From an uncultured Chloroflexia bacterium (GTDB lineage Bacteria; Chloroflexota; Limnocylindria; Limnocylindrales; CSP1-4), in NCBI GenBank assembly GCA_963720755.1, contig CAVRGP010000001.1, positions 32,001 through 96,000 on the forward strand: a DNA stretch of 64,000 bases, given 5' to 3'. Positions 19,481-28,530 of this stretch are shown here, piece after piece. Within the stretch, counting starts at the first letter, position 1. Every line of letters starts with the position of its first letter. The notes under the pieces were generated by a model that was not told where the DNA came from, searched no databases, and saw nothing but the letters and a program-made list of their open reading frames with translations. The translations under genes were made by a program, and so were the position numbers.

Positions 19481-21153
19481 GGACGCCCGGGTGACAGATC
19501 CGCGAGGTGTTGGTGGACGAACCGGACGGCCATGGCGCCCTCGCCGACCGACGAGGCGATCCGTTTGACGGAATTCGATCGGACATCGCCGGCGCAGAAG
19601 ATGCCCGGGACGTTGGTCTCGAGCAGGAACGGCTGCCGCGCCAGCGGCCAGCCCTTGGGCTGCTCCCCGGGTCGGGCGAGATCGAAGCCCGTGAGCACGA
19701 AACCGGCCCGGTCGCGTTCGACCAGGTCGCCCAGCCAGTCCGTCCGCGGAGCCTGCCCGATGAACACGAACATCGCGGCCACGGGCAGCGTGTCCTGCGC
19801 TCCATCGGCCCGATCCGCCACGTCCACCGACTCGAGGGTCTCGCCGCCGTGGAGAGCCGCCACCGTGACGTTCACCCTGACCGTGATGTTCGGAGCGGCT
19901 TCGATCTGGTCGACCAGGTAGGTGGACATCCCGGAGGACAGCGGTCCGGTCCGAACGAGGACCGTGACGTGCTCCGCGAAGCGGGACAGGTAGACCGCGG
20001 CCTGGCCGGCGGAGTTGCCGCCGCCGAGGACGGCGACCCGCTCGCCGCGGTAGAAGGACGCTTCCGTGGTCGCGGCGCCGTAGTAGACCCCGGAGCCTGC
20101 CAGGCGCTCGGCGTCCGGCAGGTCCAGCTTGCGGTACTCGACGCCGGTCGCGACGATCAGTGCCTGGCAACTCACCTGCGACCCATCGGCCATCTGGATC
20201 GTCTTGTACAGGTCATCGAGCGACATCGTGACGACCTCTTGTGGGGTGAGGACCTCTGCCCCGAGGCGGCTCGCCTGGGCCACGGCCCTGCGAGCCAGAT
20301 CGGCTCCGGACAGGCCCGCCGGGAAGCCGAGGTAGTTGTCGATCCGCGACGTGGTCCCAGCCTGTCCGCCCGGGGCCTCGCGCTCGACCATCAGCGTCTT
20401 GAGCCCCTCCGAAGCGCCGTAGACGGCGGCGGCCAGACCCGAGGGTCCGCCACCAACGATCACCAGGTCGTAGAACGGGAGTGCGGCGTGAGTACGAAGA
20501 CCGATCCTCGCCGCGATCTCGGCATTGGTCGGATCGACGAGGTGCGTCCCGTCGCCGAACACGACCACGGCCTGGCTGGAGGCATCCACGCCCGCGCTGG
20601 CGACCAGCTCGGACGCTTCGGGATCGGCCTCGACATCGAGCCAGCGGTACGGGATCTGGTTTCGGGCCAGGTAGTCCTTGATCTCGTGGGCACGCGCCGA
20701 CCAGCGATGGCTCAGGACGCGGACGCCCTCGAACGGCGGGCGGAAATCGGCCTGCCAATCGTCCAATACGTCCTCGAGGACCGGGAACAACTTGTCCTCG
20801 GGCGGATCCCACGGCTTGAGCAGGTAGTGGTCGAGTTGGATCGAGTTGATCGCGGTGATGGCGACTTCGGTGTCGGCGTAGGCGGTCAGCAGCACTCGCT
20901 TGGCGTCGGGATAGATCTCCCGAGCCGCCGCGAGGAACTCGACGCCGGTCATCCCGGGCATCCGCTGGTCCGCGATGAACAGCGCGACCGCCGAGCCACG
21001 AAGCTTCAGGCGCCGCACCACGTCCAGTGCGGTCGCCCCGCTGTCTGCCGCCACGATCCGGTACGCCGACCCGAACCGGCCACGGAGGTCTCGCTCGACT
21101 GCGCGCAGGACCTGCGGATCGTCGTCGATCGCGACGATGGCAGGGTTGTCCAC
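19477..21153 (-). CDS. Receiver domain fused to thioredoxin-reductase-like FAD oxidoreductase
   Basis: REC motifs IDDD, DQRMP, TAY, KPW; then GGGPSG, ATG, GGGNSAG, AGDVR. Confidence 0.93.
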   Translation of the reverse strand: MDNPAIVAIDDDPQVLRAVERDLRGRFGSAYRIVAADSGATALDVVRRLKLRGSAVALFIADQRMPGMTGVEFLAAAREIYPDAKRVLLTAYADTEVAITAINSIQLDHYLLKPWDPPEDKLFPVLEDVLDDWQADFRPPFEGVRVLSHRWSARAHEIKDYLARNQIPYRWLDVEADPEASELVASAGVDASSQAVVVFGDGTHLVDPTNAEIAARIGLRTHAALPFYDLVIVGGGPSGLAAAVYGASEGLKTLMVEREAPGGQAGTTSRIDNYLGFPAGLSGADLARRAVAQASRLGAEVLTPQEVVTMSLDDLYKTIQMADGSQVSCQALIVATGVEYRKLDLPDAERLAGSGVYYGAATTEASFYRGERVAVLGGGNSAGQAAVYLSRFAEHVTVLVRTGPLSSGMSTYLVDQIEAAPNITVRVNVTVAALHGGETLESVDVADRADGAQDTLPVAAMFVFIGQAPRTDWLGDLVERDRAGFVLTGFDLARPGEQPKGWPLARQPFLLETNVPGIFCAGDVRSNSVKRIASSVGEGAMAVRFVHQHLADLSPGRP

Positions 21154-21256
21154 GGTTCCTCCCGCTCGCTGATCCCGGCGCCACGGCGTGCCGGGCGTTC
21201 AAGTCTAGCGGTAGGACGCCGCCGACCGCAGCCGGCCGCGTCGCTAGAGTACGTCC

Positions 21257-22456
21257 ATGGAAACGTACGACCTGGCCGAGGCCGCGAAGCGAAGCGGGAT
21301 CGGCGTCGAGGAGCTGAGCCGCTTCGTCGACCTCGAGATCGTCGTGCCTGGCCCACACCATGAGTTCACCGGGGGTCACCTTCGACGCGCCGCCCTGGTG
21401 AAGAGCCTGACGGCATCGGGCATCCCTCTGGAGGGCCTGGGCGCCGCCATCCGAAATGGTCAGGTCTCGCTGGACTTCCTCGATGCACCCGCGTTCGAGC
21501 GCTTCTCGGCCCACAGCGGCGCGACGTTCGCCGAGGTCGCCGAGCGGACCGGCGCACCGATCGAGCTGCTCCTCTACATCCGTGAGGCCGCCGGCTCGGT
21601 CGCACCGACGCCCGACGATCGCATGCGCGACGAAGAACTCCCGTACGCCGCCATGATCGAGACCGCCGTGAACGGCGGGTTGCATGCAGCGGCGATCCAG
21701 CAACTGATCCGCGTCCAGGGTGACAGCATGCGGCGACTCGCCGAGACGGAGTCGGCGATCTGGCAGGCCGAGGTGATCCTGCCGGCCGTCCAGGCGGGCA
21801 AGCGCCCCGACGAGGTCGTCGGGGGCGAGTTCGGCGATCGCATGAGCGTCCAGATCGAGCAGGCGGTGATCGCCATGTATCACCTCCAGCAGGCCCGGGC
21901 GTGGACCGCGGACATCATCCTGGGGCTTGAGATGCAATTGGCGGAGGCCGGACTGCACAGTCGTCTCGACCACCCCCCGGCCATGTGCTTCCTGGACATC
22001 AGCGGCTACACCCAACTCACGCAGGAGCGCGGCGACGCGGCCGCCGCACAGCTCGCCGAGGAGCTCGGCCGCATCGTCCAGCGGACGTCGGTCAAGTTCC
22101 GCGGGCGAGCGGTCAAGTGGCTCGGTGACGGCGTGATGCTCCACTTCCCGAAGCCCGGGCACGGCGTCGAGGCGGCCCTCGAGATGATCGACGCGGTCGT
22201 CGAAGCCGGGTTGCCACCGGCGCACGTCGGCCTGCACGCCGGTCCGGTGATCTTCCAGGAGGGCGACTACTACGGCCAGACCGTCAATCTCGCATCGCGG
22301 ATCGCGAACCATGCCAGGGCCGGTGAGGTGATGGTCAGCCAGGAAGTCGTCGATGCATCGGCGGGGGCTGCCGTTGCGTTCTCGCCGGTCGGTCTGGTGG
22401 AGCTCAAGGGCGTGGCCGGCTCCATTCCCCTGTTCGCGGCGACCCGGCCTCGCTGA
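21257..22456 (+). CDS. Class III adenylate cyclase with N-terminal HTH-like region, paralogue 2
   Basis: FLDISGYT, KWLGDG, GDYYGQTVNLASRI; colinear with 16449..17657. Confidence 0.9.
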   Translation: METYDLAEAAKRSGIGVEELSRFVDLEIVVPGPHHEFTGGHLRRAALVKSLTASGIPLEGLGAAIRNGQVSLDFLDAPAFERFSAHSGATFAEVAERTGAPIELLLYIREAAGSVAPTPDDRMRDEELPYAAMIETAVNGGLHAAAIQQLIRVQGDSMRRLAETESAIWQAEVILPAVQAGKRPDEVVGGEFGDRMSVQIEQAVIAMYHLQQARAWTADIILGLEMQLAEAGLHSRLDHPPAMCFLDISGYTQLTQERGDAAAAQLAEELGRIVQRTSVKFRGRAVKWLGDGVMLHFPKPGHGVEAALEMIDAVVEAGLPPAHVGLHAGPVIFQEGDYYGQTVNLASRIANHARAGEVMVSQEVVDASAGAAVAFSPVGLVELKGVAGSIPLFAATRPR

Positions 22457-22469
22457 GCGGGAGGCTACC

Positions 22470-23642
22470 TCAGGGTAGCGTTGGCTCCAGCCCGGCGAGC
22501 GGACCGTCCGGACGTGGCGTCGCCAGCTCGGGCTCGGGACCGCCGTCCCCTTCGCGGGAGGCCAGTTCTGCGTCGAGCTGGGCGACGAGGTCGGGAACCC
22601 TCGACCGAAGGGCATCGCCGTAGGCCGCCGCGATACCGGACGCGAGGGCCTGCTCCCGCCTGGTCTTCGGCGGCGCGAACCGCATGTGAACGGTGGTCCC
22701 GGTGGTCGTCGGCTCGAATTCGATCGTATGCGGCAGTTTGACCGGTCCGCCGGGGGTGTCGAGGATCGTCCGGTCGGTGACGTAGTCATACGGGCGCCAG
22801 TCCAGGATCTCTTCGACGACGGCGTCCTTTCCGTGCCGGCAATGGTTGGCTGAACCGAGGCCGCGCCGTCCGCCCGGCGCGTCCTTGATGACCACCTCTG
22901 TGACCCACGGCTGCCACGTCATCCGCTGGCCTGGCTTGGTCAGGAATTCCCAGGCGATCTGGGGCGGGACGTCCGTGGGCACGGACACCGTCAGGATGGA
23001 TTCCTCGGGCGTGACGAAGACCCGTTCACGAGCCTCCTCCTCCTGCCAGCGGCGGCCCAGGTCGTGGACCCAACCTGACACGTCACCGATGCGATCGTAC
23101 GTTTCGGTGTGCCGGCGCATGCCGAGGGCAGCGGGCTCGATGTCGGAGGCATCGATGCAGCCCTGACTGAGCAGCGCGTAAGCGTGGATCCCGAGTGCTT
23201 CGACGACCTCGTTCTTGAGCAGGCGATGCACCACGATCACATCGGATCCCAGGAGCTCCTGCCGACCGGCGACCTTCTGGATGATGGTCTGGCCATGGTG
23301 GACGACGAACTTGAGGTCGAGGTCCGGGATCCTCGAGCACGCATTGCACTCGCAGGACGTGGCCTGGCGGACGTCCCGCCGCCGGCGACGGAATCCGAAG
23401 TAGCAGCGCTCGATCGTGTCGAGCAGCATCGATCCGTCGATCGCCGCGCCGATCGAGTAGGTGAACGCCGCATCGCCTTCGAGCTTGGCCAGACGGAAGT
23501 TCGGCCGGAGGGCCGTGACGACGGCACCGATCAGGTCCGCCAGGATGTCCTGGGCGTGATCCAGCTCGACATCGGCAAGGTAGCCGGTGTACCCGGAGAT
23601 GTCGGCGATCAGGAAGGTCGCGGGTTGCGGGGTCGAGAGCAT
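22470..23642 (-). CDS. DUF2652 (cyclase-like) domain + SRPBCC domain protein
   Basis: IADISGYT, KLEGDA, CECNAC, LKFVVHHG, GSDVIVVHRLLKN; C-terminal PQIAWEFL...NHCRHG...ILDWRP. Confidence 0.8.
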   Translation of the reverse strand: MLSTPQPATFLIADISGYTGYLADVELDHAQDILADLIGAVVTALRPNFRLAKLEGDAAFTYSIGAAIDGSMLLDTIERCYFGFRRRRRDVRQATSCECNACSRIPDLDLKFVVHHGQTIIQKVAGRQELLGSDVIVVHRLLKNEVVEALGIHAYALLSQGCIDASDIEPAALGMRRHTETYDRIGDVSGWVHDLGRRWQEEEARERVFVTPEESILTVSVPTDVPPQIAWEFLTKPGQRMTWQPWVTEVVIKDAPGGRRGLGSANHCRHGKDAVVEEILDWRPYDYVTDRTILDTPGGPVKLPHTIEFEPTTTGTTVHMRFAPPKTRREQALASGIAAAYGDALRSRVPDLVAQLDAELASREGDGGPEPELATPRPDGPLAGLEPTLP

Positions 23643-23961
23643 CGCTTCCCAGCATAGCCCCGAGGTGAAGGCTCGCCGATCGGCCGAAGATCGGCCGACG
23701 CTGGGCGTATCTTGGGGTCCATGTTGCGGATCGGACTCGTCCAACCGGCCAACCTGATCGTCGCGGATAACGAAGGCAACCTGATCCAATTCATCGGTCC
23801 GTTAGTCGAGACGAGCGCTCCCCATCGCGGCCCGAAACGGTCCGAGCGGACGCCGCGGCCGGGCTATCCGGCACTTCCTTGAAACCGACCGATCTGCCGA
23901 TGGTTGGACCACCGGATGGCTGCGCCATGGCGGCGCGGCCACGGACGGAGGAGGACACCCA

Positions 23962-24855
23962 GTGGCCACGATGACGGGTGCGGTCGGCCGAAACGCGACC
24001 GCGGCTCGATGGACCGACGTGACGTGGATCGGGACCGCCCCGATCGTGCTTTCGGTGGCGCTGGCGGCGGTCGCGGCGGCCGCGTCCGCAACGGCACTCC
24101 TGTTCCGCGATCAACTCCGCGGCCCGGAAGTGACGATCGGTTCAGTGCAGGGCACCGCGGCCGTCCTGCTGGCCGTGACCGTTCCCCTACTCGTCCTGTC
24201 GATGGCCCTCGTGGAGCGCGGCCACCTCGCCTGGATCATCGGGTGGCTCGGCGCCCTGGGGTCGATCGCCTACCAGAGCGTCCTGTTCCTGTTCGGGACT
24301 CCGTTCAACGCGTTCTTCTTCCTGTACGTCGCGATGCTGTCGCTGTCGGTCTGGGCCCTCATCGCCCTCGGAGGACGGCTTCCCGTGTCCTCGGTCGCAC
24401 AGCGCGTGGGCGCGAACGCGCCGACCCGGTTCGTGGCCGGATACCTCCTGGTGAATGTGGCCCTTTTCCTGCTGCTCTGGCTCCAGGCAACGGTCCCGGC
24501 GGTCCTCAGCACCGATCCTCCCGCGTTCCTGGCGGGGACCGGGATGACGACCGGGCCGGTCCAGGTGATCGATCTGGCGTTCACCCTGCCGCTCATGGCA
24601 CTCGCCGCGTGGTTGCTGTTCCAGCGGCGGCCATGGGGCTACATCCTCACCGGCTCGCTGCTCGTGCTGCTGGCGATCGAATCGGCAAGCATCGGCGTCG
24701 ATCAGTGGATGGCCCATGCGGCCGATCCCGCCTCGACCGTCGCTTCCGACGCGATGACCCCGGTATTCGCCGTTCTGACCGTGATCGGCCTCGCGGTGCT
24801 CGCCCTGTTCCTGCGGCCCGGTGCGCGAGCGACCACCCGGAGCCGGGACGACTAG
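23962..24855 (+). CDS. Multi-pass membrane protein, unknown function
   Basis: About 8 hydrophobic segments; V(I)DLAF.LP and PWGY motifs. Confidence 0.8.
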   Translation: MATMTGAVGRNATAARWTDVTWIGTAPIVLSVALAAVAAAASATALLFRDQLRGPEVTIGSVQGTAAVLLAVTVPLLVLSMALVERGHLAWIIGWLGALGSIAYQSVLFLFGTPFNAFFFLYVAMLSLSVWALIALGGRLPVSSVAQRVGANAPTRFVAGYLLVNVALFLLLWLQATVPAVLSTDPPAFLAGTGMTTGPVQVIDLAFTLPLMALAAWLLFQRRPWGYILTGSLLVLLAIESASIGVDQWMAHAADPASTVASDAMTPVFAVLTVIGLAVLALFLRPGARATTRSRDD

Positions 24856-24901
24856 ACTCGACCACCCAACGCCTGATCCCTGGAGCGAGGAGTCGTCGCC
24901 G

Positions 24902-25246
24902 ATGATCGTGTGCCTGCCCGTCAACGCCGATGGCGCCATCGATCCCCGCTGGGGGCGAGCGCGTCGCGTCGCGGTCGCCGAGGTCGAGAGTGGGGCCATC
25001 GTCCGTTGGGACGAGGTCGACGTCGGGTGGGATGTCCTCCACGACGAAGGGACGGAAGGCGGCCATCACGCCCGCATCGCGACGTTCCTCAAGACCAATC
25101 GCGTCCAGGGTGTGGTGCTCGATCATGCCGGCGAACCGATGCTCCAGATGCTTGGCTCGATGGGGCTCCAGATCTGGGCGGGTGCGAGCGGAGACGCCCG
25201 CACCGCGGCGCTCGCGGCGGTCGGCGGGGACGAGCCCTCGTCGTAG
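24902..25246 (+). CDS. NifB/NifX (FeMo-co binding-like) family protein
   Basis: MIVCLPV...IDPRWGRARRVAV...HAGEPMLQML. Confidence 0.75.
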   Translation: MIVCLPVNADGAIDPRWGRARRVAVAEVESGAIVRWDEVDVGWDVLHDEGTEGGHHARIATFLKTNRVQGVVLDHAGEPMLQMLGSMGLQIWAGASGDARTAALAAVGGDEPSS

Positions 25247-25266
25247 AAGCCGCGAGCGGCCGCTCG

Positions 25267-25849
25267 TCAGTCGGCGGACGGCCCTGCTTCTGTGCGTCGC
25301 GCTGAGGGCAGGATCCGGATCCGGCGCCGGATGGCTGGAGCCCCAGGCATTCGGGAATGCGCGCATCAAGTGTCGCAGCAACCGGTGCAGCTCCCGGCGA
25401 TCCGCCTCATCGAGCACCGAGGCGATCATCGCCTCGCGCCGCGCCTGGAGTCCGACCGTTCGATCCCAGGCGGCGAGCCCGGCCTCGGTCGGCTCGACCA
25501 ACGTCCCACGCCGATCGCTCGGGTCGGGCAGCCGCCGGATGAGCCCTGATGCCTCCACGCGGTCGAGTCGGTTGGTCATCGCGCCGCTCGACAGGCGCAT
25601 GCTGGCCGCCAATGCGCCGGGCGTCATCAGGTACGGGGCGCCATGACTCATGAGTCGCCCGAGCAGGTTGAACGCACGACGGTCGAGTTGCGTTTCGGCG
25701 AGTGTCTCGTCCAGGGACCGATCGAAGCTCCGGGCCAAGGTCTGGATCCGCTCGACGATCCCCTCGGTCAGAGGGTCCATATCGGGGATCTCGTGCGCCC
25801 AGCGCTCGAGCATCTGGTCGAGATGATCGAGTTCTTCGCCAGTGTCCAT
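25267..25849 (-). CDS. MarR-family regulator (PecS/TamR-like); 3' end uncertain
   Basis: DHLDQMLERWAHEIPD N-helix; TPGALA...SSGAMTNRLDRVE...DPSDRR. The ORF runs on to 24647, probably because an indel removed the stop. Confidence 0.85.
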
Positions 25850-25882
25850 GGGTTCCACGTGCGGAGCGTCGCATTTGACATG

Positions 25883-25979
25883 CTCGATGTCAAGTCACTT
25901 AACCCAATACCTCTTGACATCAAGACATATTGCCCGTATTCTGCATACATCACTCGAGATCAAGACTCTTTAGACCAAG
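25883..25979 (+). promoter_or_regulatory. Sigma70 promoter with repeated palindromic MarR-type boxes
   Basis: TTGACA 25914-25919, 17 bp, TATTCT 25937-25942. Boxes CTCGATGTCAAG (25883), CTTGACATCAAG (25913), CTCGAGATCAAG (25953), CTTTAGACCAAG (25968). Confidence 0.75.
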
Positions 25980-26011
25980 AGAGCACCTCGAGAGAGAAGG
26001 AGGTTCTGGAG

Positions 26012-26212
26012 ATGACTAGCTGGTATGCGATGGAAGTGGAAGCCGAACGACGCCGCGAGGTCATCTCGCAGTCCCGGTTCTCGAATGGTCGGGTCGCCCC
26101 GACAGGACCCACGACGCATGCATGGGATGGCATCCTGGCCAAGGCGCCGGTCGGCCTCCGCCTCGCCGGTGTCGTCGGCATCGCGGTCGCGCTGCTGAGC
26201 CAGATCAGCTAA
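26012..26212 (+). CDS. Small protein (66 aa) with C-terminal hydrophobic helix
   Basis: AAGGAGG RBS, own promoter and terminator; ends LRLAGVVGIAVALLSQIS. Confidence 0.7.
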   Translation: MTSWYAMEVEAERRREVISQSRFSNGRVAPTGPTTHAWDGILAKAPVGLRLAGVVGIAVALLSQIS

Positions 26213-26295
26213 CGGTCCGGCGGACGTCGCTTCGGCGGCCACGCATCGGACGCCTCCGCCCGGCACCGCTGGTCACGGGCCTGGCGGCCTCCCAC

Positions 26296-26333
26296 CGGCC
26301 CAGCCTTCGTCCTTCGAAGGCTGGGCCGTTCTT
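26296..26333 (+). terminator. Intrinsic terminator
   Basis: 14-bp perfect stem CGGCCCAGCCTTCG / CGAAGGCTGGGCCG followed by TTCTT. Confidence 0.8.
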
Positions 26334-26437
26334 CGTGCGCTGTCACTGGATCAAAGATTGACAACTCCGGTGGATCGGTTCACCCATACCGTGTGAAGTG
26401 CATCGGAGCCCACCGATGCCGTCAAGCGGATTGAGGC

Positions 26438-26986
26438 ATGGAAGCCGATCTCGTGATCCGAGCGCAACGCGGCGACAAGGCGGCATACGCCCTCCTCGCC
26501 CAGGAGATCGCCGATCGGTTCCTTGCCGTGGCACGCAGGATCCTGCGTGACCGCGACCTGGCCGAGGACGCGACGCAGCAGGCGCTGCTCGCGATCTGGC
26601 AGGACCTTCCGCAACTCCGCGATCCGGCGCGCTTTGACGCCTGGTCGTACCGACTGCTCGTGCGCGCCTGCTACGCCGAGGGTCGGAAGGAACGACGTTG
26701 GGCCCCCAACCTCCGGCTTCTGCCGGTGGATGAGCCGGTCACGGACGATGCCCTGAGCTCGGTCATCGATCGCGATCAGCTCGAAGGCGGGTTTCGCCGC
26801 CTGTCGATCGATCACCGCGCGGTGGTCGTCCTCCACCACTACCTCGACCTGCCGCTCGAACACGTCGCCGAGATCCTCGGCATCCCGGTCGGGACGGCCC
26901 ATTCACGTCTTCACCACGCGATGCGCGGGTTGCGCGCGGCACTCGACGCCGACGCACGGCCACCGCTGCGGGAGGTTGCCAGATGA
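26438..26986 (+). CDS. ECF RNA polymerase sigma factor
   Basis: LAEDATQQA, FDAWSYR, region 4 HRAVVVLHH...EILGIPVGTAHSRL. Confidence 0.93.
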   Translation: MEADLVIRAQRGDKAAYALLAQEIADRFLAVARRILRDRDLAEDATQQALLAIWQDLPQLRDPARFDAWSYRLLVRACYAEGRKERRWAPNLRLLPVDEPVTDDALSSVIDRDQLEGGFRRLSIDHRAVVVLHHYLDLPLEHVAEILGIPVGTAHSRLHHAMRGLRAALDADARPPLREVAR

Positions 26987-27913
26987 GCGCCGATCGCGAC
27001 CTCACGCGCATCGTCCGGTCGTGGCTGCACACCGACGAGCACGAATCCGCGAGTCATGTCCTGGACAACGTGCTCGCCATGCTTGACACGACCCCACAGC
27101 GCCGCTCCTGGTGGCCGGCGCGGAGGTCCACCGACTTGAACACATATGCCAAATTCGCGATCTCGGCCGCGGCCATCGTGGTCGTGGCGATCGTCGGCTT
27201 CAACCTGATGCCCACGAACGGCGGACTCACCGGTGGGGTCGCATCGACGCCCTCGCCGTCGCCCACACCGATACCAACGCCGAGTCCGACGGCCGCGCCG
27301 AGCCCGACTCCGAAGCCCGAACCGACAGCGACGCCGGTCGCCTTTGCCTTTCCCCCCCAAGGATCGTTGGCGATCGGCCGGCACGATTTCACGATCAACG
27401 GCGTCCCGTTCTCGCTCGAGTTGACCACCGCTGACTGGCTGAGCAACGGCAGCTTCGGGGTCGACAAGGGCTCAAACACCGAACTGACTCCCGATGGTGC
27501 TGGGTTCATCTTCTGGCAGGATCCTCCGATCGGGGTCTTCGCCGCTCCGTGCGCCAGCACTGAGAGCCCACCGGCCGGGTCGGTGGCAGACCTTGCCGCG
27601 GCCGTCGCCTCGATCCCGGGCACTGACCTAGTCAGCGGACCCACCGACGTGACCGTGGGTGGGTTTCCCGCCAAGCACGTCGTGATCACCATTCGCGACG
27701 ACATCGGCTGCCCGCCGAACTCGTTCTATCTCTGGTACGGCACACGGTGCAGGAAATGCGCGCTACGCGTCCGCGACAGGATCGACGATCTACGCGTGGA
27801 TGATCATGGTCAACGGGCGGATGGTGTGGGTCGACGGCGAAACCTACGAGGGCGCCGGTCCCAAGCCCGCGAATGAGATCCAGCAGATCATCGATTCCAT
27901 CCAGTTCAAGTAA
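26983..27913 (+). CDS. Single-pass membrane protein, putative anti-sigma factor (frameshift ~27745)
   Basis: Overlaps the sigma gene by 4 nt; one TM, PS/PT linker, Cys-containing outer domain. The natural end EIQQIIDSIQFK-stop lies in another frame. Confidence 0.7.
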
Positions 27914-27919
27914 GCATCT

Positions 27920-27960
27920 GCGGACGTGGCGGCCCGATCTCCTAGGGCTGCCGCGTCCGC
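27920..27960. terminator. Hairpin between convergent genes
   Basis: GCGGACGTGGCGGCCC / GGGCTGCCGCGTCCGC stem with G-U pairs. Confidence 0.6.
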
Positions 27961-28018
27961 GCTTGTTGCAGACCGGGGCGGAGGCTGAGGCATCAGCGCG
28001 GCGCCGGGCCGGATCCCG

Positions 28019-28438
28019 TCAGCGGAGATCCGGCAGCATCGTGTAGACGAGGCACTCCCCGCGCAGGACTTCCGTGCCGTCCGCCCGGCGAGCCCGGCAA
28101 CGGAGCTTCGTGATCGGCTTGTCCTCGCGAGCCTCGATGACCTCGACCTCCGCGGTCACGGTATCGCCCAAGTACACGGGCGCCGGATAGTCCCACTCCT
28201 GGTGCAGGAAGACGCTGCCTGGGCCTGGCAGACGCATCGCGACGATCGCGTTGAACAAGCCGGTCGTCAGTCCTCCCTGGACCACGAGCCGGCCGACGCG
28301 GGTGCTCGCGGCGAACGCCTCGTCGAAGTGCAGCGGGTTCCGGTCGCCGGATAGTCCCGCGAACGCCTCCACGTCGTCAGCGGAGAACGTCCTCGTCCAG
28401 GTCGCCGTGGCGCCGACTGCTGGGGGCTGCCATGTCAT
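28019..28438 (-). CDS. MaoC-family dehydratase
   Basis: FAGLSGDRNPLHFD, LPGPGS, PVYLGD. Confidence 0.92.
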   Translation of the reverse strand: MTWQPPAVGATATWTRTFSADDVEAFAGLSGDRNPLHFDEAFAASTRVGRLVVQGGLTTGLFNAIVAMRLPGPGSVFLHQEWDYPAPVYLGDTVTAEVEVIEAREDKPITKLRCRARRADGTEVLRGECLVYTMLPDLR

Positions 28439-28530
28439 CGAACGATCTCCTCCGATCGATGGGGCAATCACCTGTCGGTCTCCGAACGATAGCCGTTCGC
28501 CGGGCCTCCGAGCTCCGACCAGCGCGTCCT

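Noticed and set aside
23721-23882. 53-aa ORF containing DNEGNLIQF (VOC-like C-terminal motif)
   Set aside because: One short motif only; may be a remnant but cannot be supported.
24647-25858. 403-aa MarR fusion
   Set aside because: The extension is antisense to two real genes; most likely read-through from a lost stop.
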